Source: Limisphaerales bacterium
Lineage (GTDB): Bacteria > Verrucomicrobiota > Verrucomicrobiia > Limisphaerales > JADLHS01
Length of the DNA: 64,000 bases
Reading direction: 5' to 3'
Assembly (NCBI GenBank): GCA_044225555.1
Contig: JBGAIM010000001.1
Coordinates: forward strand, 476,479 to 540,478
Below the pieces are notes generated by a model. The model did not search any database. It was not told where the DNA came from and saw only the letters and a list, made by a program, of their open reading frames with translations. The position numbers were made by a program, and so were the translations under genes. Below are positions 19,220 to 28,064 of the stretch, in pieces (the stretch's first letter is position 1; every line of letters begins with the position of its first letter).

Positions 19220-19924
19220 ATGAGCATATCTGAAATCCGAAATGTCTTTGCGAATTCGGTCAAACGGTGGAGAAGCCACCGGGGTTTGACCCAGGAAGAA
19301 CTCGCGGAGCGGGCCAATCTGCATCGCACGTATATCTCGGACGTCGAGCGCGGCGCACGAAATCTTTCGCTAGAGAGCATTGATAAACTGGCGCGGGCGC
19401 TGGAGATATCCGTCCCTCATTTCTTTACGCCCACGCCGGCGTCCGGCGCTGCAACCGTTCCGAATTTGACGACCCTGACGGCGGAGTTTGTAGACATCCT
19501 GTTGGTGGAAGACAATCCGGACGACGTGGACCTGACCCTGGACGCGTTTGCCAGAGCGCGCTTCGCCAATTCCGTCCGCGTGGCCGCCGACGGGGCCGAG
19601 GCGCTGGAACTGTTCTTTGGCAAAGGCGCGTTGGCCGACCACGTCAGAGACTCGCACAATCAAATCGTCCTGTTGGATTTGAACCTGCCCAAAGTCAGTG
19701 GGCTCGAAGTACTGCGTCGGCTCAAAGCCGACAAGCGGACCAGCGAAATCCCGGTCGTGATTCTGACGGCTTCCAACAAAGACCAGGACATGATCGAATG
19801 CCGTCAGTTGGGAGCGAAAGCATTCCTCACCAAACCGGTCAGTTTCCAAGGTCTCAGCAAAGTGACGCCAGCCTTAAGCCTGGTCTGGGCGCTGGTCAAA
19901 CCGGCGACATCCCTGGGCGGTTGA
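19220..19924 (+). CDS. XRE helix-turn-helix / receiver-domain fusion regulator
   Basis: LTQEELAERANLHRTYISDVERGARNLSL..I.KLARAL, then ILLVEDNPDD...LLDLNLPK...KP; ATG 19208 or 19220. Confidence 0.88.
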   Translation: MSISEIRNVFANSVKRWRSHRGLTQEELAERANLHRTYISDVERGARNLSLESIDKLARALEISVPHFFTPTPASGAATVPNLTTLTAEFVDILLVEDNPDDVDLTLDAFARARFANSVRVAADGAEALELFFGKGALADHVRDSHNQIVLLDLNLPKVSGLEVLRRLKADKRTSEIPVVILTASNKDQDMIECRQLGAKAFLTKPVSFQGLSKVTPALSLVWALVKPATSLGG

Positions 19925-19974
19925 TTCCCTGAACCTGCCCTCGCTATGAAAACGGCTTAAACCGAAGCGGAAGC

Positions 19975-21861
19975 ATGCGGGCGCAACAACAACTCAAAGC
20001 CTCGCTGAAGGAAATTGAGGACCTGAAGGCCTCGCTGGATGAACACGCCATCGTGGCCATCACCGACCCCCAGGGGCGGATCACCTACGTGAACGAGAAG
20101 TTCTGCGCCATTTCCCAGTACTCGCGAAAGGAACTGCTGGGACAGGACCACCGGCTCATCAACTCGGGCTTCCACTCGAAGGATTTCATCCGGGAGCTTT
20201 GGACCACCATCGGTCACGGCAAGGTCTGGAAGGGAGAAATCAAGAACAAGGCCAAGGACGGCTCGTTCTACTGGGTGGACACCACGATCGTTCCGTTCCT
20301 GGACGAGGCGAACAAACCTCGCCAATACGTCGCCATCCGGGCGGACATCACCGAGCGCAAGCGTGCGGAGGAAGCGTTGCGCGAGAGCGAAGCGCGTTTC
20401 CGCATGATGGCGGACAGCGCCCCAGTTTTGATCTGGATCAGCGGCACTGACAAACTCTGCACCTGGTTCAACCGTCAATGGCTGGAGTTTGTCGGCCGCA
20501 CCATGGACCAGGAACTCGGTAAGGGTTGGCTGGAGAATGTCCACCCCGATGATATCACCCGCTGTCTGCGCATCTACACCACGAGCTTCGAGGCGCGGCA
20601 ACCGTTCAGCATGGAGTACCGCTTGCGGCGACATGATGGGCAGTGGCGGTGGATCCTCGACACGGGCATCCCGCAGCACGGTGCCGACAAATTATTTGCG
20701 GGTTACATCGGCTCGTGCATGGACGTCACAGAGCGCCACCAAGCGGAGGAACGAGTCCGGGATTCCTTGAGTGAAGTCAATGAACTCAAGATGGCGCTGG
20801 ATGTGCATGCCATCGTGGCCATCACCGATCCGCAGGGGAAAATCACCTACGTCAACGAAAAGTTCTGTTCGATTTCAAAGTACTCGCGCGAGGAACTGTT
20901 GGGGCAGGACCATCGCCTCATCAATTCCGGGCATCATCCCAAGGAGTTCATCCAGAATTTGTGGGTGACAATTGCGCACGGCCAGGTATGGCACGGGGAG
21001 ATCAAGAACCGGGCCAAGGACGGCTCTTTTTACTGGGTGGATACGACCATCGTGCCGTTCCTGAATGAGCAGGGCAAACCGCGCCAATATGTTGCGATCC
21101 GGGCTGACATCACCGCCCGTAAGCAGGCGGAGGAACAGATTCTGCAATTGAACGTGGAATTGGAAAACCGGGTCACGGAGCGCACGGCCGAGCTCGAGTC
21201 CTTCTCCTATTCCGTCTCCCACGATCTCCGCGCGCCGTTGCGGGCGATGGCCGGCTATGCCCGGATGATTCAGGAGGACTACGCCGGGGAACTCCCCGCC
21301 GAAGCCCATTCGAAGCTGCAACGCATTCATGAGAACGCCAACAAGATGGGCCAGTTGATTGACGGATTGCTGGCCTTTTCCCGGTTGAGCCGCCAGCCCC
21401 TCAACAAGCGCCTGATTTCGCCCGAGAAAATTGTGAACCGGGTCTTGGAGGAGCTTCAGGCGGAACAGGTCGGACGCCCCATCAAGATCTCCACCGGCAG
21501 TCTGCCCGCGTGCCAGGCGGATCCCACGTTGCTGCATCAAGTGTTCATCAACCTGCTTTCCAACGCCTTCAAGTACACGCGCCACCGCAATCCGGCGGAA
21601 ATCGAAATCGGCTGCCGGAACGGTGGGGCCTGCACTTATTTCGTTCGGGACAATGGGGCGGGCTTTGAAATGCAATACGCCCACAAACTGTTTGGTGTGT
21701 TCCAGCGGTTGCACCGGGCCGATCAGTTCGAAGGTACCGGCGTCGGTTTGGCGATTGCGCACCGTATCGTGCATCGCCATGGCGGCAAAATCTGGGCCGA
21801 AGCTGAACCAGGGAACGGCGCGACGTTCTACTTCACGCTGCAGGGGGACGGGCATGCCTGA
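19975..21861 (+). CDS. PAS-PAS-PAS sensor histidine kinase (Cph1-type HisKA)
   Basis: Two near-identical Aer/NifL-like PAS flanking a third; FSYSVSHDLRAPLR; NLLSNAFKY; DNGAGF; GTGVGLA. Confidence 0.93.
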   Translation: MRAQQQLKASLKEIEDLKASLDEHAIVAITDPQGRITYVNEKFCAISQYSRKELLGQDHRLINSGFHSKDFIRELWTTIGHGKVWKGEIKNKAKDGSFYWVDTTIVPFLDEANKPRQYVAIRADITERKRAEEALRESEARFRMMADSAPVLIWISGTDKLCTWFNRQWLEFVGRTMDQELGKGWLENVHPDDITRCLRIYTTSFEARQPFSMEYRLRRHDGQWRWILDTGIPQHGADKLFAGYIGSCMDVTERHQAEERVRDSLSEVNELKMALDVHAIVAITDPQGKITYVNEKFCSISKYSREELLGQDHRLINSGHHPKEFIQNLWVTIAHGQVWHGEIKNRAKDGSFYWVDTTIVPFLNEQGKPRQYVAIRADITARKQAEEQILQLNVELENRVTERTAELESFSYSVSHDLRAPLRAMAGYARMIQEDYAGELPAEAHSKLQRIHENANKMGQLIDGLLAFSRLSRQPLNKRLISPEKIVNRVLEELQAEQVGRPIKISTGSLPACQADPTLLHQVFINLLSNAFKYTRHRNPAEIEIGCRNGGACTYFVRDNGAGFEMQYAHKLFGVFQRLHRADQFEGTGVGLAIAHRIVHRHGGKIWAEAEPGNGATFYFTLQGDGHA

Positions 21862-22297
21862 CCAAGCTGCCGAAATCTTGCTGGTAGAGGACAGTCCGGA
21901 CGACGTCGCTTTCTTCTTCCGCACCTTCGAGAAGGCTGGTTTCACTGCCCGATTACGGGCCGTACCGGACGGGGCCGAGGCACTGGATTTTCTCTTCGCC
22001 ACCGGGCGTTATGCGGGCCGCAACCGCGCCTTGCGCCCACGACTGGTTGTTCTGGATTTGAAATTGCCGAAGCTGAGCGGGCTTGAGGTTCTGCGGCGTT
22101 TGAAAACCGATCCGGAAACACGAACCATCCCCATCGTTGTGCTCAGTTCCTCCCAAGAGGAGCGCGACCTCATCGAGAGCTATGCCCTGGGCGCGAACAG
22201 TTACATCGTGAAGCCAATGGATTTTGACCAGTTTGGCGACTCCGTTCGTGCCCTTGGTCAGTACTGGCTCCAATTTAACCAGACCCCAAAACCCTAG
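21854..22297 (+). CDS. Single-domain response regulator (Rcp1-like)
   Basis: ILLVEDSPDD, LDLKLPK, GANSYIVKP, YWL; overlaps the kinase stop. Confidence 0.92.
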   Translation: MPDQAAEILLVEDSPDDVAFFFRTFEKAGFTARLRAVPDGAEALDFLFATGRYAGRNRALRPRLVVLDLKLPKLSGLEVLRRLKTDPETRTIPIVVLSSSQEERDLIESYALGANSYIVKPMDFDQFGDSVRALGQYWLQFNQTPKP

Positions 22298-22306
22298 CCG
22301 ATTCCC

Positions 22307-25300
22307 ATGCCCATCGCGCTCAAAGTCCTGATAGTGGAAGATTCACTGGAGGATGCCGAGCTGATCGTGCGTGAGCTTCGGCGCATGGATTTCACGCCGC
22401 AATGGGCCCGGGTTGAAACTGAATTGGACTTTCTCCGCGCACTGGCAAGCCCGCTGGATCTGGTTATTTCCGACTATTCAATGCCGCAGTTCAATGGCCT
22501 GCGCGCGGCGCAACTCTTGCGCGAACACAGTCCCGACATTCCCTTTATTCTGGTTTCTGGCACGGTCGGTGAAGAATCCGCGGTCGAAGCCATGAAACAC
22601 GGCGCCACCGACTATGTGCTCAAGGATCGGATTGGCCGGCTGGGCAACGCGGTCAAGCGGGCTCTCGAAGAGAAGCAGGTGCGGGACGAACGCCGGCAAC
22701 TGGAACAGCAACTCCGCTTGCAAGCCACCGCCCTGGAGACCACCGCCAACGGCATTGTCATCACGGATGCCACCGGAACGATTCTGTGGGTGAATCCCGC
22801 CTTCACGCATTGCACGGGCTACGCCGCGTCGGAGGCGGTGGGCCAGAACCCGCGGATTCTCAAATCGGGCAAGCATGACGACGCTTTCTACCATGAATTC
22901 TGGCAAACGCTCCGCTCCGGGCAACCGTGGCGCGGCGAATTCATCAACCGGCGGAAGGACGGCAGCCTGTACCACGACGAGCACACGATCACCCCAGTCC
23001 GGTCCCAGAATGGCCACATCACCCACTACGTCGCCATGTTACACGACGTCACCGAGCGCAAGCGCGCCCGGGAAGCCGCCCGTTTGAAGCAAGAGGCGAC
23101 GATCCGGAATCAGGCAGTGCTCCTGAAACTGGCGGCTCACAAAAAGACGGAATTCGATGATGCCCTTCGAGACATCCTGAAGACCGACTCGCTGGCTTTG
23201 GCGGTGGGGCGCGTGAGTTATTGGAAATTGGCTCCCGATTCCAAAAGCCTGGTCTGCGAAGCCCTCTACCTCGCACCGGATGATCGTTGGGAACAAGGCA
23301 GCGAGCTGCGCAGTGCCGACTATCCCCGATACTTCGCGGCGCTGAAATCGAACCCGCTGATCGCGGCCCCCAACGCGCAGACCGACGCCCGGACCGCGGA
23401 ATTCACCGCGTCCTATCTCCGGCCTCCGGGCATTACCTCGATGCTGGATGTGCCGGTGTGGTTGCGCGGATCCCTGGTCGGCGTGGTGTGCCATGAACAT
23501 CTGGGCGACTCCCGTGCGTGGACGAGCGACGAACAGGATTTCGCCCTCTCGATCGGCCACATGGTGTCCCTGGCCTTGGGCGAACGGGAACTGGCCTTGC
23601 GGGACCAACGCTTGAATTCCTTTTTCCGCAACGCCCCCGCCGGGCTCTGTATTCTCGACCGCTACCTGCGTTTTATCCAGATCAACGAAACGCTGGCACT
23701 CGCCCATGGCTCGTCGGTCGCGGAACACTTGGGCACCCCGGTTGGCAAAATCCTGCCGGATCTGGCAAAGGTACTGGAACCAGTTTTACAAAGCGTCCTG
23801 ACCACCGGCCAGCCAGCGTTGAACTTGGAACTCCACGGCGAAACCCGGGCCAAACCAGGAGCGGTTCGCTCCTGGACCGCCTCCTATTTCCCGCTGGCCA
23901 ATGAGCAGGGCCATCCCGTCGAAATCGGGTCGGTAGTGGTGGAGATTACCGAACGCATTCAGGCTGAACGGTCGTTGCGGGAGAGCGAGGAGAAATTTCG
24001 GCAACTGGCCGAAAACATCAATGAAGTATTCTGGATCACCGATCCGTCGAAGCACCAGATGCTCTACGTCAGCCCCGCCTATGAGAAAATCTGGGGACGT
24101 CCCGGCGCCAGTCTGCTGGCCTCGTCGCGCGCCTGGTTCGAAGCCATTCATCCGGACGATCGGGAGCGGATTCAGCAGGCCGTGACGAGTAAACAAAAAC
24201 AGGGCGAATACGATGAAATCTATCGCATCGTTCGCCCGGATGGCTCGCTGCGGTGGATTCATGACTGTGCCGTGCCGTTGCGCAACGCGGCCGGCGAGGT
24301 TTACCGCATTGTGGGCACGGCGGCCGACATCACTGAGCAACGCAAACTGGAGGAGCAATTGCGGCAGGTGCAGAAGATGGAGGCCATTGGCCAACTGGCC
24401 GGCGGGGTGGCCCATGATTTCAACAATCTGCTGACGGTGATTCGCGGCGGCAGCGATCTGCTGTTGATGACCAATGAACGGTTGTCCGCGGAATCCAAAG
24501 ACCTGGTCAAGCAGATCATTGCCGCCGCCGACCGCGCGGCCAATCTGACGCGGCAGTTGTTGACGTTCAGCCGCAAGCAGGTCATGCAGACCAGCACGAT
24601 CAGCCTGAACGCGCTGCTTGAGGATCTGGCCAAAATGCTGCGCCGGATCATCGGCGAGGACATCCATCTGGAATGCGATTACGCCCCCGACCTGCCGCCG
24701 GTGCGGGCGGACGCGGGCATGTTGGAGCAGGTGATCATGAATCTCGTCGTCAATGCCCGGGACGCCATGGCGAGCGGTGGAGAATTATCTCTGGCGACCA
24801 GCCTCGATGCCCAGGACGAGGTGTTTCGCCAGTTGAACCGGCCGGAGCCTTCGGGGACGTATGTCTGCCTGCGTGTATCCGATCAGGGAACGGGCATTCC
24901 ACCGGACGTCCTCCCGCGGATTTTTGAACCGTTCTTCACCACGAAGGAGGCCGGCAAGGGCACCGGCCTCGGCCTGGCAACCGTGTTCGGCATCGTCCAA
25001 CAGCACCGCGGGTGGATCAACGTGCAAAGCAAAGTCGGCACGGGTTCGGACTTCCGGGTTTTCCTGCCCGCCGCCACCCGCGCGCCGGCCAAGCCCAAAA
25101 CCACGCTCTTCGAAACCGACGTCAGCCACGGACATGAGACCATTCTGCTGGTCGAGGATGAGTCCTCGGTGCGGGCCCTGGTCCGGAACGTGTTCGAACG
25201 CCACGGTTACCGTGTGTTGGAGGCCCGCTCGGGCCGGGCCGCGCTGGAAATCTGGAACGAACACGGCAGCCGGATTGATCTGGTGATGACCGACATGGTC

Positions 25301-25519
25301 ATGCCTGATGGGATTACCGGCAAGATGCTCGTGGAGCAACTGCGCCGGGAGCGCCCTTCCCTGAAAGTCATTTACAGCAGCGGCTACAGCCCGGAAATGA
25401 TCGGCAAAGATTTCATGTCGGCCCCGGGGAGCAGCTTCCTCCAAAAACCTTACAACCCGCGCAAACTTCTGAAGACTCTGAGAGACTGCCTGGACGGAAA
25501 AGCAGATATCGAACGCTGA
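22307..25519 (+). CDS. Hybrid kinase REC-PAS-GAF-PAS-PAS-HisKA-HATPase-REC
   Basis: GGVAHDFNNLL, NLVVNARDAM, GKGTGLGL, C-terminal ILLVEDE...DMVMP...QKP. Confidence 0.93.
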   Translation: MPIALKVLIVEDSLEDAELIVRELRRMDFTPQWARVETELDFLRALASPLDLVISDYSMPQFNGLRAAQLLREHSPDIPFILVSGTVGEESAVEAMKHGATDYVLKDRIGRLGNAVKRALEEKQVRDERRQLEQQLRLQATALETTANGIVITDATGTILWVNPAFTHCTGYAASEAVGQNPRILKSGKHDDAFYHEFWQTLRSGQPWRGEFINRRKDGSLYHDEHTITPVRSQNGHITHYVAMLHDVTERKRAREAARLKQEATIRNQAVLLKLAAHKKTEFDDALRDILKTDSLALAVGRVSYWKLAPDSKSLVCEALYLAPDDRWEQGSELRSADYPRYFAALKSNPLIAAPNAQTDARTAEFTASYLRPPGITSMLDVPVWLRGSLVGVVCHEHLGDSRAWTSDEQDFALSIGHMVSLALGERELALRDQRLNSFFRNAPAGLCILDRYLRFIQINETLALAHGSSVAEHLGTPVGKILPDLAKVLEPVLQSVLTTGQPALNLELHGETRAKPGAVRSWTASYFPLANEQGHPVEIGSVVVEITERIQAERSLRESEEKFRQLAENINEVFWITDPSKHQMLYVSPAYEKIWGRPGASLLASSRAWFEAIHPDDRERIQQAVTSKQKQGEYDEIYRIVRPDGSLRWIHDCAVPLRNAAGEVYRIVGTAADITEQRKLEEQLRQVQKMEAIGQLAGGVAHDFNNLLTVIRGGSDLLLMTNERLSAESKDLVKQIIAAADRAANLTRQLLTFSRKQVMQTSTISLNALLEDLAKMLRRIIGEDIHLECDYAPDLPPVRADAGMLEQVIMNLVVNARDAMASGGELSLATSLDAQDEVFRQLNRPEPSGTYVCLRVSDQGTGIPPDVLPRIFEPFFTTKEAGKGTGLGLATVFGIVQQHRGWINVQSKVGTGSDFRVFLPAATRAPAKPKTTLFETDVSHGHETILLVEDESSVRALVRNVFERHGYRVLEARSGRAALEIWNEHGSRIDLVMTDMVMPDGITGKMLVEQLRRERPSLKVIYSSGYSPEMIGKDFMSAPGSSFLQKPYNPRKLLKTLRDCLDGKADIER

Positions 25520-25543
25520 ATTCAGCTTCCTGGTTCCAACGTG

Positions 25544-26824
25544 TCAGCAATAGACCAGCAAGGACTGGGTGATGGGGTTGATGCGATTGTGGTTGAGAAT
25601 TTTACTGATCGCGCCCTCGTTCAAAGGCTGATCGCCGGGGATCAACAGCAGGCCGTTGGGCGTGTAGATGCCTTGGGCGAGCACCATGCCGGGCACGAGT
25701 TCGGACAGGAGGACTTCCCGCTCCCGGCGAGACACGGTGGCTTTGGGCAAAGCACGCAGAAACGCTCGTACGGCCTCGGGATCGTAGGCCGCACCGCTGC
25801 CCTGCTTGATCGCCTCGACAGCGCTGACTTCGTTAAACTGATTCTCCACAAACCCAAGGGCCACCGCGAGCAGCCGCGCGAGCCATGGAATTTCCTCCCC
25901 GCGCAACTGGTCAGGGAAGCCCGTGCCATCAAACCGTTCATGGTGGGCGCGGATGATTACGCCGACTTCCTCCAGGTGATGCCCAAACTTCACGAGGTCC
26001 TGACCGAGCTGCGGATGACTGTTGATCACCGTTAACTCGTCCTCCTTGAGGTTTTCCGGTTCGGTTTCCCAGCGGCGGATTAAATCACGGGGAATGGCCA
26101 CGAGCCCGATGTCATGCAACCACGCCGCGAATTCGAGCACCTGCCGTTTCTCCGCCGGCAGATGCAGCGTGTCCGCGAGCGCGAGACAGATCTCGTGCGC
26201 CCGTCGGGCTTGATTGCCGAGGGTGGGCAGAAAAAACTGGAGCACGTGCAAACCCAGTTGCACGGAGTGCTGCAGATTGTCCGTCAGGGCTCGGTTGAGT
26301 TGGGCGAGGGAAGCATTTTGGGCATCAATCCGCGCCAGTTGCTCCTGCAACGCGCGGTTGGTTTCCGTCAACTCACGGCTCATCACCATCGCCCGGGTCC
26401 GGATGACGGTGTTGTGATCCAACAGTTCGAACCGCTGGACGGCGTTCCGGACGGTGGCGAGCAGTTCTTCGCGCAACCAGGGTTTCACGATGAACCGGTA
26501 GATTTCGCCCTTGTTGATGGCATCAATCACCGTATCCAGGCTCAAGACCGCGGTGATCAGAATCCGCGCGGCGTTGGGTTGAAGCTCCTTGGCTTGTGCG
26601 AGAAACTCGAGCCCAGTGACGCCGGGCATCTGGTGATCGGAAATAATGACGGAAAAGTTCTGCCGCTTCAGATCATCGAGGGCCGCGAACGGGTTGGCCG
26701 CCGTCACCACTTCGTAACCTTCGCGCACGAGCGTTTCGCGCAATCCCGCCAGGACGACTTGCTCGTCGTCCACAATCAGCAGGCGATGTGGTGCGGCGAC
26801 CGGAGTGGTTTCGGGCAGGCTCAT
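25544..26824 (-). CDS. Response regulator with coiled coil and HD-GYP-like domain
   Basis: REC; WLHDIG; HHERFDGTGFP..L.GEEIP; the later AD..DA and RPY motifs are absent. Confidence 0.87.
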   Translation of the reverse strand: MSLPETTPVAAPHRLLIVDDEQVVLAGLRETLVREGYEVVTAANPFAALDDLKRQNFSVIISDHQMPGVTGLEFLAQAKELQPNAARILITAVLSLDTVIDAINKGEIYRFIVKPWLREELLATVRNAVQRFELLDHNTVIRTRAMVMSRELTETNRALQEQLARIDAQNASLAQLNRALTDNLQHSVQLGLHVLQFFLPTLGNQARRAHEICLALADTLHLPAEKRQVLEFAAWLHDIGLVAIPRDLIRRWETEPENLKEDELTVINSHPQLGQDLVKFGHHLEEVGVIIRAHHERFDGTGFPDQLRGEEIPWLARLLAVALGFVENQFNEVSAVEAIKQGSGAAYDPEAVRAFLRALPKATVSRREREVLLSELVPGMVLAQGIYTPNGLLLIPGDQPLNEGAISKILNHNRINPITQSLLVYC

Positions 26825-26842
26825 GCCGGACGCACCTTGCGT

Positions 26843-27235
26843 TCAAGAGTAGGAGTTCCAGACCGCTTGCGTCGGGGTGGTGTAGGATTTGTGAACCCGC
26901 CGCAGGTTTTGAGTCACCTGATCGAGGTCCAGCTTCCGCAATTCAGCGGCCTGCCGCTGTCCTGCGAGCCAATTTGCATTCCGGCTCTCGAGGGTAATCA
27001 GTGTGTTGATGATGCCGCGCACGTCGTCCGGGAGGTGCTGGGGATCCTGAGCGCTGGTGCGGCATTCTGCCTGGGCCGCTTCTGTCAGGTGGAGAATCTG
27101 CTTCTGCAACCCCTGCTTGGACTTCTGGCATTCACTGACGCGTCGCCAGTCTTCCTTCTGGATGGCCAAACCTTCCGCCTGCGACAACTCTTCCCAGGTG
27201 CGGTAGGCGGCCACCAGATTTTTTTTTGCGTTCAT
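26843..27235 (-). CDS. FlgN/FliT-like flagellar chaperone (putative)
   Basis: 130-aa helical ORF after fliS; AIQKEDW..V..CQ..KQ.L, LI.LE.RN, ends ...KSY. Confidence 0.55.
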   Translation of the reverse strand: MNAKKNLVAAYRTWEELSQAEGLAIQKEDWRRVSECQKSKQGLQKQILHLTEAAQAECRTSAQDPQHLPDDVRGIINTLITLESRNANWLAGQRQAAELRKLDLDQVTQNLRRVHKSYTTPTQAVWNSYS

Positions 27236-27259
27236 GACTGGTGGTTCGGTGAGTTTTCG

Positions 27260-27694
27260 TCAGGCCGTGACCAGTTCTGCGGTTGGCGCCAGGGCTTCCC
27301 CGGATTCGCCCTGTTTGCGCAGCATAGTCGCCCAGGCATCGCGAAGCACGCCGAGGCGGGCGATGACTTCGATGACGCCCTTGGGGTCCTTACGGATATT
27401 GCTCTCAAGCAGGATCCGGTCGAAATAGTCGTAGAGGCGGCGAAGTTGAACGGCCAGTTCACCGCCTTGGTCCAGGTTCAGGGAGCAGTCGAGTTCCCGT
27501 ATGATCTCTTGGGCGCGAATGATGTTGTTGTTAACGGTGGTGTTCAACTCAACAGGATCTTCGAGCTGAAATCCGGCCTGGGCGCGGTCGAGGAAACGGA
27601 TGGCGCCTTCGTACAGCATTAACACGAGCTGGCCGGGTGAGGCCGTGCGGGTGGCAACCTGACGGTAGGACTGCCAGGGGTTCTTTGGCTTCAT
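27260..27694 (-). CDS. fliS: Flagellin export chaperone FliS
   Basis: Y.QV...TASPGQLVLMLYEGAI.FL, I..L..SLN..GGELA..L.RLYDY, LRDAW. Confidence 0.95.
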   Translation of the reverse strand: MKPKNPWQSYRQVATRTASPGQLVLMLYEGAIRFLDRAQAGFQLEDPVELNTTVNNNIIRAQEIIRELDCSLNLDQGGELAVQLRRLYDYFDRILLESNIRKDPKGVIEVIARLGVLRDAWATMLRKQGESGEALAPTAELVTA

Positions 27695-27981
27695 GCTTGA
27701 TTGTCTGAAGAATCCGCCCCGGCACCCTTGATCTTCAGCGCCAGCAGCGCGGCGATACCCTGGATGGTATCGGCCGGTGGATACTTCACGTTGCTGACGA
27801 GTTCGCGCGCGCGCGCCACGGCTTCGGGGCGGACGGCAGGGATCGCCTGCAGCGCCTGATCCAGGGCTTCGGCCCGGATGAAGGAGGTCGTATCAGCCTC
27901 CGGCTGCGGAGTCCGCGTCCGGGCTTGATTGACGATCACCCGCTGGGCGGCGTCGATGTTAGTATTGGCTTTGACTTCCAT
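27691..27981 (-). CDS. flgM: Anti-sigma-28 factor FlgM-like
   Basis: 96 aa; C-terminal P.VRPEAVARA..LV...Y......IA.LL; sigma28 promoter upstream. Confidence 0.65.
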   Translation of the reverse strand: MEVKANTNIDAAQRVIVNQARTRTPQPEADTTSFIRAEALDQALQAIPAVRPEAVARARELVSNVKYPPADTIQGIAALLALKIKGAGADSSDNQA

Positions 27982-28034
27982 AACTTGCCTTGCTTGGCAG
28001 GCAGGTTGACTGTTCTTTCGCGACTCTATCGGCT

Positions 28035-28061
28035 ATATCGGCTGCGGGTGAAATTACTTAA
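28035..28061 (-). promoter_or_regulatory. Sigma28 (FliA) promoter of the flgM-fliS operon
   Basis: TTAA-N15-GCCGATAT on minus strand (a second GCCGATAG at 28033-28026). Confidence 0.7.
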
Positions 28062-28064
28062 GCC

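Noticed and set aside
15230-23600. Bilin-binding (cyanobacteriochrome) GAF domains because of the CH dipeptide
   Set aside because: The CH lies in the last beta strand (VVCHEH), not the chromophore helix, and no DIP/DxF motif is present
27219-27227. A9 tract at the start of the FlgN/FliT-like gene as a phase-variation site
   Set aside because: In frame and explained by Ala-Lys-Lys-Asn codons; no evidence of variation from one sequence
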